NCBI GenBank assembly: GCA_031412295.1
Contig: JANOCU010000008.1
Span: 100,921 to 164,920, forward strand
Reading direction: 5' to 3'
Source: Bacteroidota bacterium
Lineage (GTDB): Bacteria; Bacteroidota; Bacteroidia; Palsa-965
DNA: 64,000 nt
In this document: in pieces, positions 30,128 to 38,449 of the stretch
Layout of the letters: each line of letters opens with the position of its first letter
Numbering within the stretch: position 1 is the stretch's first letter
The notes under the pieces: generated by a model
The model's input: the letters and a program-made list of their open reading frames with translations, nothing else
What the model was told of the DNA's origin: nothing
Database searches by the model: none
Program-made: the position numbers and the translations under genes

Positions 30128-30646
30128 CTCCACGTCACTTAAATCCAAATCACTGATTGCTGCATCAACGAAATCCTGGTCTTTTTGAGAATAGCCCGGG
30201 CTTGCGGTTTCCAATTCTTTATCGAGTTCGGCATCGTTTGCGGGTGTGTCATTCATCACTGCTTCATCTTCCGGATCCAGTTTCATATCTGCTGTTTCTG
30301 TTCCTTTGTTTGCCTGGATGGCGAGAATAGCAAAATGTCTTGCGCGTCGCGATTGGTGCATGGCGCGAAGGAATTTTCCCTGGAAATAAAGCTTACGCGC
30401 ATAACGCTGATGCGCAACGGCACGTGCGAGATCGCCGGTGTAATTTTTATTTTCTTTTACTTTTTTCTGCGCATGTAAAATGACATAAGCCGTACGACGA
30501 ATTACGCGACGTGCATGAATTTTGTCTGCTTTGCGGGCAGCTGCTTTTTGTCGTGGTGTGCGTTGACCGCGTTGCGCGTGGGCGTTTTCAGGAATGCCGA
30601 ATCCGGTGAAAAGAAGGAGGAAGAGGATGATTTTTGATAATTTCAT
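30125..30646 (-). CDS. Hypothetical secreted protein, basic N-terminal half and acidic tail
   Basis: 173 aa with signal peptide MKLSKIILFLLLFTGFGIPENAHAQ. An Arg/Lys-rich helical part is followed by a D/E-rich C-terminus. Confidence 0.5.
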   Translation of the reverse strand: MKLSKIILFLLLFTGFGIPENAHAQRGQRTPRQKAAARKADKIHARRVIRRTAYVILHAQKKVKENKNYTGDLARAVAHQRYARKLYFQGKFLRAMHQSRRARHFAILAIQANKGTETADMKLDPEDEAVMNDTPANDAELDKELETASPGYSQKDQDFVDAAISDLDLSDVE

Positions 30647-30720
30647 ACGTGTTAAGATTAGTTTCTGCGGGTTGGACTATTCTTTTGTCAGAAGGTTTAA
30701 TGTGGCTCAAGAAAAAAAGA

Positions 30721-30843
30721 TCGCCACTAAGGCACAAAGGCACGAAATCATGCGCATTAACATTTCCTGGTCACGTTAATTTTGCCACAAAGACACAGAG
30801 GCACAGTAAAAAATCTCCGAACTAACCACTCCAAACTAACCAC
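30721..30843. repeat. Word arrays ccac(t/a)aaggcacaaaggcac and ctccgaactaaccac downstream of the C25 peptidase gene
   Basis: Three blocks: gccactaaggcacaaaggcacgaaa (30722-30746), gccacaaagacacagaggcacag (30783-30805) and tctccgaactaaccactccaaactaaccac (30814-30843). The first type recurs, inverted, at 41103-41130. Confidence 0.8.
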
Positions 30844-30848
30844 TTTTT

Positions 30849-33800
30849 TCACCGCATTAAGTACATTTTGCCCCAGCCTTGATTGATGAATTGGTCGGCG
30901 CCGCTTTCTCTTTGTTCGATGCTCTGACCGTCGATGCGGGTGATGATGCGGTAGAGGTAAACACCATTCGCAAGCTGATCGCCGAACTGGTCGCGGCCGT
31001 CCCAGGAATAGGCGGTGATGTTTCTTCCGATGTGCAGATCACCGAATTCATCGCGGTTGATTTCACGAACTACTTTTCCGGTGATGGTCATGATCTGTAT
31101 GGTGAAAAGATCAGGGACTTCTGTGCCGGTGAGCGTGAAAACAAATTGTGTTGAAGATGAAAACGGATTCGGGTAATTTAAAACATTCGTGATCGTTGAG
31201 TGATTAATGACTTCAAACGAAATTTCAAAATCAATTAATCCCGATTGGTTATCAGAACGGTCTTTCGCCTGCACGATCAATTCATAAATACCGTCTTCTG
31301 CACACGTCGGGTTAAAAAGAATTTTGCAGGAATTATTCGGAAGCACTGCAGGAATGAATTGCATATCCGCGCCCCACTGGATAAGCTGTGCAACTTGCTG
31401 TGAAGGTTTACGCAGGAAAACATTAAAATCACTTGTGTCATTCAACGCGAGAAATTGATTTTCATCTTTGAGCGTAATGAGAATTCCCGGCTTTCCTGAA
31501 ACAAGATCTTTGTCCATGATGTGCACACCATCGAATGTTACATCAAGCAATGGATTAACCTGGTCAGTGCTAACAGTGAACGGAACCATCAGCACATTAT
31601 TGAAATGATATTGTTCCAGCTGCGAATTGCTGTTTCCAACCGGATTTACTTCGAGCCACAATTCATTTGCTCCTGCATAACCTGTTGTGCTCACTGAAAC
31701 GGTATCAATGAACCATTGGAATCCTGTAAACGGACCGACGCGCAGTTTCTGCGGAAGATTATGCCGCACGCGATTTTTGTCAATGATCCAATAGGTGAGG
31801 AGCAGCGAATCCGGCAATGACCACGGCGTTAAGTTTTGAATCGCAACAGCAAGTTTTGCATTAGCACCTTCCTGCAATGTATCGCTGTAAAAAGAAAATG
31901 CGCGCGGTGGATTTACTGCAACATCCGGCATCGGCGAATACAATACGTGCCAGCGTTCCATTTGTGCAGGCGTTCGTGAAGTATCATCTTTCATCTTCGC
32001 AACAAGACGGATATAAGGATATGCAGAAGCATTTACATAAGGAAGCAATGAATTAATATCTGTAGAATCTTCTACGAATGTTGTAAGCGAATCCTGTATG
32101 CCATTCGCAGTAATTCCATAAAGCACAACAGAAACAATATCATTATCCGGCACTTCTTCTGCATGCTGCTTCCAGTGAAAAGATCCCCACGCTGCAGCAG
32201 GCCCGATAACAGGTGAAGTAATTTGTCCTGTATTCCAATTCGTAACAAATGTATCCTGCAAAGTGATGAGTGAATTTTGATTTGCACCAACTACTTCTGT
32301 TGCATTTCCTGCAGGTCCGTTTTTTACACCCCAAACAATGAATGCAGTGGTGTCTTGTACGCTTGCCAGCGTGTCACTTCCGATTGTAGAAAACTGTGTA
32401 AGTAATGCAGGATTGTACGATTGTGCATTGTGATAATACTGGCTATACACTAACACATGCGCACCGGTTGGAATAGCTGCAATGAAATTTTCAATGTTTT
32501 GTCTTCCAGCAGGTGTATCATCAGCAAAATCATACGCGTAAAAAGTTTGCGGATAACAAATACAATTTCCAGCAGGACCAGTCGCATTTGTATCAAGATA
32601 TTGCCATGGATTTCCTGATACCGGATCAATTACTGCAATCGTAACACCACCACCGCCGCAGCTGAAGACACAAGAGAAAATATGCTGAATGCTATTATCA
32701 ATTTTGTAATACACTTCATTCCATGGAATGGTCGCTCCGTAAATTCCATTCTTAACGAAAATAGTTTTTACATCATTCACGAATTCAAAATCTCTTGCAG
32801 TGCGATCTAATTTTACAAACTGGTAATTATCTTTCGTGAATTGAAAAATATGATCTTGTCCCCAACCGACTTGATTCGCGATGTATTGAAACGAACTTTC
32901 TCTCCAGAGAAAAACATCTGCGGTTGTTAATGAATCCGGGCTGACACGCCAGAAATAAACCATGCTATCGGTCGACATTAAATTCGGCGACCAATTCACC
33001 ACACCACCTGGAGCAAGCACAACATACGTTTGTTTAAATGCGCTGTTGAACAAATCGGTTGTGTCCAATTCGAAGCGATATGTTTTCATCGGTTCAAGCG
33101 GATTTACCGTTGAAGCTTTTAGCGTAATGGTGTCAGCAGGAATAACAGCGTATTCATATGGATAAACCGGAACGATTGCGCTTCCACGGATGAGCAGATC
33201 AATATCAGGAACGGTTGCGTTATTGTTTTCATTCAGCTCATCAATCTGCCCGTAGAAATCGACGGTGATCCTGATGTGATTTAAACCAATTCCTCTTTGC
33301 TGATCAACAGGAATTTTAAATTTGATCGTATCCCTGAAAAGTGTGGATGGAATTTGCAGGAATTGCGAAGTGGTATCTCCCATAGGAAAACGTCTGAACA
33401 ATTGAACGATCATTGTATCCGTAATCGCTCTGCCGACGTTCGTGATCTTCGCATAAACAGAAATACTGTCGGGCTGTGAATCCTGGTCAAACCAAACATC
33501 TGCATTTGTAATTTGATAATCGGGTTTCGGAAAAGAATTGATCACAACTGCAGGGTCGCCTTCCAATGTCATTTCCATCAATGTTGTTTTCAGGAAAATA
33601 TCCTGCGGGTAAGCAAGCTCTGCCTGGCGAACACTCCATTGAATACATTCACCAATACTTTCTCCGTACAATGTTTGTCCGACAGATCGATAAATATTGG
33701 TGGAATACAAATTCAAAAATCCAGGAAGACCTAATCCGACAGAAGCGAGGTAACCGATTGTTCCTTTCTGCTCAATCAATGTAAACGCTTCACTCGAACT

Positions 33801-35834
33801 TATTCCGGGTGAATGAATATCTCCTGCGTAACATGAATTCGCCAATAAGAATGGATAACGATCTACATTATTGTAGGTTGTCGGATCGTCAATGCTTTGA
33901 TCAAAACCGGTTCCTGAAGCATGACCGAAAAATGTCATGATAGAAATTCCGGCTTCAATTCTGTCGCGCAACGAATCGGATTGATTGATTTGAATCGGTG
34001 ATGATGATGTTTTTAAATACGTTTGAACAAATCCCCCGAAAGAAGTGTCTTCGATGATTGTTTCATAACCATTTAAGTAACCTGAAAATTGGTTTTGCTC
34101 AATTGAATTTGATCCGCCACCAAAATGCAAAACATGTTTCATCCATTCTGCAGGAGGTTGACTTTCGTATGAAATCACTTTATTCAAATACCATTGCGCC
34201 TGTGCAGAATCGCGTGCTGCAATTCTTCCTGTAGGAATAGCAGGTTCCCATAATGTTCCGTTCAATCCTGCAGTAAGTGAATTATCGCAGGGCGGATATC
34301 CGTAAGTAGGAACAAGATTCGGTGCTAACGGATGTGAACGTGCATAGTCTGCGTAAATGGATTTTCCCATTAAAAATAAATGCGCAGGCGGTGTTGGATA
34401 ATTAGCGATCATGAACGCAGAAAAATTTCTGATCGATAATGGATGTTGTGCAACACCGTAAGCAAACTGATCATACAATTCAGAAACATCTGCCAGCACA
34501 ACGTTTCTTGTTCCGCCTGCGAATGAGCTTCTGTATGTTTTGTATTGCTGCGCGACATTCATCAACGATTTGTGCGCAACGATAACAAAAGCAGAATCAA
34601 CAGGAGTGAAACCGAAATCTGTGAATGAAGCTGTAGGCGTTACAGGAGCAAGCACAGTTACATTTCTAACGCTTGCTTCATCTACAACAGCAAATGGTTT
34701 TTCAGTTCCGTTTCCATTATTTACAAGCGCATGATGAACCGGACCAACGGAAGTTGAAGTGATACGTTCGTGATTAAAAAAATCATACACACGAACAGGT
34801 CCGCTTCCGCCAACGCCTGTCAATTGCAAATACGATTTCCCTGCAGGATCATCAGGAAGGTGACCGAAGAAACGAGTTCTCCCTTCCATATGAAACGTGT
34901 GCGGATAATCGAGCAAAATGTAAGCAATTGCAGTGCGACCTGAAGAAACAGAAGCGTTTGGATTAATGCTGCTGACAACAAACGTGGTGAAGCTTGCACC
35001 TAAAACAGCAGGATCGATCGTATTAAAATTATACGTGTGCACCTGGTAACCATTATACACCGTATCAAAAAGCACGGAAGGAAACTGAATTTGAATTTCG
35101 TTATCCAGCGGAATATTTCCATCATCCGAATGCGAACCGACTTTTACCTGCACGCGTGCATCAGGGCGACCGGGAGCTGTATAAGCATTTGCAGAATATA
35201 CATTTCGCGAAGCAGAAGTGGCATAATCAAAAGGCAGATCATAAAATCCTTCGGAAGAAATAAAATCAGGATCAGTTAAGCCTAACGCATTTTGCACTCC
35301 GGGAAAATAAGCTGCTGCACCGATAAATGTTTCGCGGTTGGTAAACCATTGCGCAGGTGTGTAGGTAGAAAATGCTGTATCAGCAGTATTTGTAAAACGA
35401 CGGTTTGCAAGTGAAGAATTCCATGTAAGAAAATAAACTGCTGTATCCGTATAAATGCTGTAGTACGGATTCAGAATTGTATTTCCATTGAGATAAAGCG
35501 CGGAATCTTTTGCACCGTCATTGTGAATGCCATAAAATTCAAGAAAATCGGTGCCGTCGAATGTTCCGTCTGTTTCGCCCTGCACCCATATATATTCTTC
35601 CAAACCATTATGAAAAAGCTGGAAGTTTCTCGGATCAACGGAGCTGAGCGGAACACCAATTGCATTCATCGCATTGCTGAGCACGGTGGAATCGACACGA
35701 TAAATTCCATCGTTGGCAACTTTGATCTTAAGATATTTCTGGGAATAGACGATCCATTCATTTCCATAGCTCTGTGCGGCTGCGGAAACAGTTAAGAGTA
35801 AAGAAACAACGAATAACGTGTAAAGTCGTTTCAT
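30849..35834 (-). CDS. C25-family (gingipain/PorU-like) cysteine peptidase with T9SS C-terminal sorting domain
   Basis: 1661 aa with a signal peptide. The catalytic-type dyad context is MTFFGHASGTG ... PFLLANSCYAGD. The C-terminus NYPNPFSSSTQFVFTL...GVYLYRIITRIDG fits the T9SS sorting domain. Confidence 0.75.
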   Translation of the reverse strand: MKRLYTLFVVSLLLTVSAAAQSYGNEWIVYSQKYLKIKVANDGIYRVDSTVLSNAMNAIGVPLSSVDPRNFQLFHNGLEEYIWVQGETDGTFDGTDFLEFYGIHNDGAKDSALYLNGNTILNPYYSIYTDTAVYFLTWNSSLANRRFTNTADTAFSTYTPAQWFTNRETFIGAAAYFPGVQNALGLTDPDFISSEGFYDLPFDYATSASRNVYSANAYTAPGRPDARVQVKVGSHSDDGNIPLDNEIQIQFPSVLFDTVYNGYQVHTYNFNTIDPAVLGASFTTFVVSSINPNASVSSGRTAIAYILLDYPHTFHMEGRTRFFGHLPDDPAGKSYLQLTGVGGSGPVRVYDFFNHERITSTSVGPVHHALVNNGNGTEKPFAVVDEASVRNVTVLAPVTPTASFTDFGFTPVDSAFVIVAHKSLMNVAQQYKTYRSSFAGGTRNVVLADVSELYDQFAYGVAQHPLSIRNFSAFMIANYPTPPAHLFLMGKSIYADYARSHPLAPNLVPTYGYPPCDNSLTAGLNGTLWEPAIPTGRIAARDSAQAQWYLNKVISYESQPPAEWMKHVLHFGGGSNSIEQNQFSGYLNGYETIIEDTSFGGFVQTYLKTSSSPIQINQSDSLRDRIEAGISIMTFFGHASGTGFDQSIDDPTTYNNVDRYPFLLANSCYAGDIHSPGISSSEAFTLIEQKGTIGYLASVGLGLPGFLNLYSTNIYRSVGQTLYGESIGECIQWSVRQAELAYPQDIFLKTTLMEMTLEGDPAVVINSFPKPDYQITNADVWFDQDSQPDSISVYAKITNVGRAITDTMIVQLFRRFPMGDTTSQFLQIPSTLFRDTIKFKIPVDQQRGIGLNHIRITVDFYGQIDELNENNNATVPDIDLLIRGSAIVPVYPYEYAVIPADTITLKASTVNPLEPMKTYRFELDTTDLFNSAFKQTYVVLAPGGVVNWSPNLMSTDSMVYFWRVSPDSLTTADVFLWRESSFQYIANQVGWGQDHIFQFTKDNYQFVKLDRTARDFEFVNDVKTIFVKNGIYGATIPWNEVYYKIDNSIQHIFSCVFSCGGGGVTIAVIDPVSGNPWQYLDTNATGPAGNCICYPQTFYAYDFADDTPAGRQNIENFIAAIPTGAHVLVYSQYYHNAQSYNPALLTQFSTIGSDTLASVQDTTAFIVWGVKNGPAGNATEVVGANQNSLITLQDTFVTNWNTGQITSPVIGPAAAWGSFHWKQHAEEVPDNDIVSVVLYGITANGIQDSLTTFVEDSTDINSLLPYVNASAYPYIRLVAKMKDDTSRTPAQMERWHVLYSPMPDVAVNPPRAFSFYSDTLQEGANAKLAVAIQNLTPWSLPDSLLLTYWIIDKNRVRHNLPQKLRVGPFTGFQWFIDTVSVSTTGYAGANELWLEVNPVGNSNSQLEQYHFNNVLMVPFTVSTDQVNPLLDVTFDGVHIMDKDLVSGKPGILITLKDENQFLALNDTSDFNVFLRKPSQQVAQLIQWGADMQFIPAVLPNNSCKILFNPTCAEDGIYELIVQAKDRSDNQSGLIDFEISFEVINHSTITNVLNYPNPFSSSTQFVFTLTGTEVPDLFTIQIMTITGKVVREINRDEFGDLHIGRNITAYSWDGRDQFGDQLANGVYLYRIITRIDGQSIEQRESGADQFINQGWGKMYLMR

Positions 35835-35900
35835 GCAAGAGGGTCAATAACATGTGCAGAGAAACGTCAACGGATTTGCCGCGGGTAAAAAACGTTTGCT

Positions 35901-36995
35901 CTATTTGGGTTTACGGTTGATGTCGAGCTTGATCGAAAAAATATTCGAGTACAGTGCCACAGACTGATCGCCAACATCGGTTAATGCATAATCGATGGTG
36001 AGTGATTTAATTTTAATTCCTATTCCAAGATTCGGCTGTATCGTTGTTACATCTTTTCCGAAAACATCTTTTGCTTTCTGAATATTTCCGATTCCGCCGC
36101 GCAGGAAGATCATGTTCTTAAACCCGGCTTCAATTCCGAGCACCGGCTCTAAGCTCCAGACATTTGTTTTGATCAATACATTTCGCTGACTGTCGAATGT
36201 GTTGATGAAATCCAATTCACCTGCGATGGAAAATTTCTTTTGTTTGCCGAAAGGAACTTTTTTCATTGCCCCGAAGATCAAACGCGGAAGAGTAAGCTCA
36301 AGTGAATTTGACGGAATAATATTTCCTGTTGCAAGAAACACATCCTGCATTTCCTGTGAAAGATTAAAGCTCCATGCATTGAATGTTGAAGTAACATCAC
36401 GCACAACAGCACCGAATTTCCAGCCTTTATAATCGTACTGCGCGCCTGCATCAATTCCGAATCCCCACGCACCGGCAAAGTCACCGATCTTCCTGCGGAT
36501 AATTTTTACGTTCGCACCATAATTCAAACCTGCTATTGGAGATTTACGTGCGTAAGAAAAAATGAATGCATAATCCTGCGCCGAAAAAGTGGTGATGCGG
36601 TCGTAATTAATATTTCCGCCGGCATCGATCAATTGAGTTGTATTCGGAATATCATCAACAGCAAAACGAATTACGCTGAAACCGAAAGAGCTGACGCTAT
36701 CAATTCTTCCTGCGACAGAAGCATAATCGTATTTAGCGATAGAAGCAAAATATTCGGCGTGCATCAGTCCAACCTGCGCATTGCTTTTTATTCCGAGCAG
36801 ACCTGCAGGATTCCAATAGCCGGAAGTCACGTCATCGACACCTGCAACACTGGCATTTGCCATCGCAAGTGAACGTGCGCCCACACCAATAGCGAGAAAC
36901 TCGTTACTGTATTTAGGTGCTGATGTCTGGGCAATAGAAGGGCTGATGGAAAAAACCGTTGCAATTACCGCAAATAGGGGAAAAATCCGCTTCAT
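35901..36995 (-). CDS. PorV/PorQ-family outer-membrane beta-barrel protein
   Basis: 364 aa with a signal peptide. The N-terminal region EFLAIGVGARSLAMANASVAGVDDVTSGYWNPAGL resembles the PorV/PorQ family signature. Alternating beta-strand pattern, with the last residues of typical OMP type. Confidence 0.65.
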   Translation of the reverse strand: MKRIFPLFAVIATVFSISPSIAQTSAPKYSNEFLAIGVGARSLAMANASVAGVDDVTSGYWNPAGLLGIKSNAQVGLMHAEYFASIAKYDYASVAGRIDSVSSFGFSVIRFAVDDIPNTTQLIDAGGNINYDRITTFSAQDYAFIFSYARKSPIAGLNYGANVKIIRRKIGDFAGAWGFGIDAGAQYDYKGWKFGAVVRDVTSTFNAWSFNLSQEMQDVFLATGNIIPSNSLELTLPRLIFGAMKKVPFGKQKKFSIAGELDFINTFDSQRNVLIKTNVWSLEPVLGIEAGFKNMIFLRGGIGNIQKAKDVFGKDVTTIQPNLGIGIKIKSLTIDYALTDVGDQSVALYSNIFSIKLDINRKPK

Positions 36996-37043
36996 AATTT
37001 ATCCTATAAAGTTAAGTGAATCCTTTGACGTCTCCAAAACGAA

Positions 37044-37982
37044 TCAGGGGCGGATATATTGCCTGAGTTCGGCGCAAAATCGTCGTGTAAAAGCCAATGC
37101 CCCTGCTTTATTGAGATGAGCGGGATCAGCGAAGAAGGTTTTGTTTTGCCTGATGGAGTCGTGCGAGAGATCGATGAAAGGTAAATTATGCTTTATTGCA
37201 AAGCTGCTGAACTCGCCGATAAACCTTGAATAATTGACCTCTTTTTCTTCCCTGCGGTAAAAAAGTGGTGATACGACAAGGATCAATTGCGAACCGTTTT
37301 TCTTGCAGATGGCTTCAATTCTTTCCAATTCCTGCCAAATCAGTGCGGAGGGATGATTGTTAAAAACAGGAATCGTCATTGTATCCAAATCGCCGAGTCG
37401 TGTGTTTTGCGGATGCGGTGCAAAGCCAAGCTCAAAATCTGCATCATATTTTCCCTGCGTGCCGGTATAGCCGCGTAAGGAAGAATTTAAATAGCGTGCC
37501 GAATAATAAGGCATGCTGTAAAACGGCAGGTATTTAAAATAAGTAAATCGTTTGTCGCGCTCTTTTAAACCTTCATATAATTTTTCATTTTCGAGATAAG
37601 CGAAATACCGCGGGAAGCTGTAAACGGTATCGGGATTATCGGAAAAAGAATGGAGGTCAAGATTCAGCACAACATATTCCGGTGCTTTGCTGTTTACAAG
37701 ATAAGCTTCGAGCGTTGCACGTGTGAATGGCATAATGGAACCAACCATTCCGATGTTGAATGATTTTAATCCTGTTGCGGAATCAATGAGTGGTGTGTAA
37801 AATTGACATTCCGCGCGTGATGAACCGATGACGATTAAATTGAAATTATTTTTCTCAAGAAATGTTTGACGCAGCTTTGCAAATTCACCTTTCGCATTTC
37901 TCCGTATTCCTGCATACTCGATCATACGAACCGCATAAAGCAGCACGATGGCGAGAGAGGCGAAGATTAAAGCACGTTTCAT
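37044..37982 (-). CDS. Membrane-anchored SGNH/DltD-like putative O-acyltransferase partner
   Basis: 312 aa with an N-terminal TM anchor. Block-I-like LIVIGSSRA and block-V-like DPAHLN (D-x-x-H) are present. It lies directly downstream of an MBOAT gene, as in the AlgI/AlgJ, PatA/PatB and DltB/DltD pairs. Confidence 0.55.
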   Translation of the reverse strand: MKRALIFASLAIVLLYAVRMIEYAGIRRNAKGEFAKLRQTFLEKNNFNLIVIGSSRAECQFYTPLIDSATGLKSFNIGMVGSIMPFTRATLEAYLVNSKAPEYVVLNLDLHSFSDNPDTVYSFPRYFAYLENEKLYEGLKERDKRFTYFKYLPFYSMPYYSARYLNSSLRGYTGTQGKYDADFELGFAPHPQNTRLGDLDTMTIPVFNNHPSALIWQELERIEAICKKNGSQLILVVSPLFYRREEKEVNYSRFIGEFSSFAIKHNLPFIDLSHDSIRQNKTFFADPAHLNKAGALAFTRRFCAELRQYIRP

Positions 37983-38054
37983 TTTTTATAATTAATTACG
38001 ACTATAGCCATTTCCAAATTCTTCCATCTATAACCGCGATTGGTATACATGATT

Positions 38055-38432
38055 TTATCTTGCCATTTTCTGTGAGGAAATATATAATTTTTGGTTTGTT
38101 GTTTTTATATAAAAAACCCACATATACAAAGGGTTCTTGTTCTTTAATATAACATCCAAGAACAGTTGAGTCTTTTTCACGTGCTTTTCTATGGGGTATA
38201 TTTCCATTTTATCAAAACTGTTTTCTTGATTTCGGATTTTTGAAATAACCAAATCGCAGTATATAGTAGCTCCTATTTTATCTATATGATGTTTCTCTAT
38301 AACAGCTGCACAGGGGAGCGTTGTATCCTTACAATCCTCAAGAAAAGATGTAATATTCCGAGTCGCATCTTCTTTGCAGGAAATAGTCAAGACAAGGCTG
38401 CACATAAATAAAATCTTTATAATGTTTTTCAT
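38055..38432 (-). CDS. Hypothetical small lipoprotein
   Basis: The preferred start MKNIIKILFMCSLVLTISCKED (ATG at 38432) gives a lipobox. The longer track ORF overlaps the MBOAT gene. Confidence 0.45.
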   Translation of the reverse strand: MKNIIKILFMCSLVLTISCKEDATRNITSFLEDCKDTTLPCAAVIEKHHIDKIGATIYCDLVISKIRNQENSFDKMEIYPIEKHVKKTQLFLDVILKNKNPLYMWVFYIKTTNQKLYISSQKMAR

Positions 38433-38449
38433 CGTGCAAGCAATTTTAT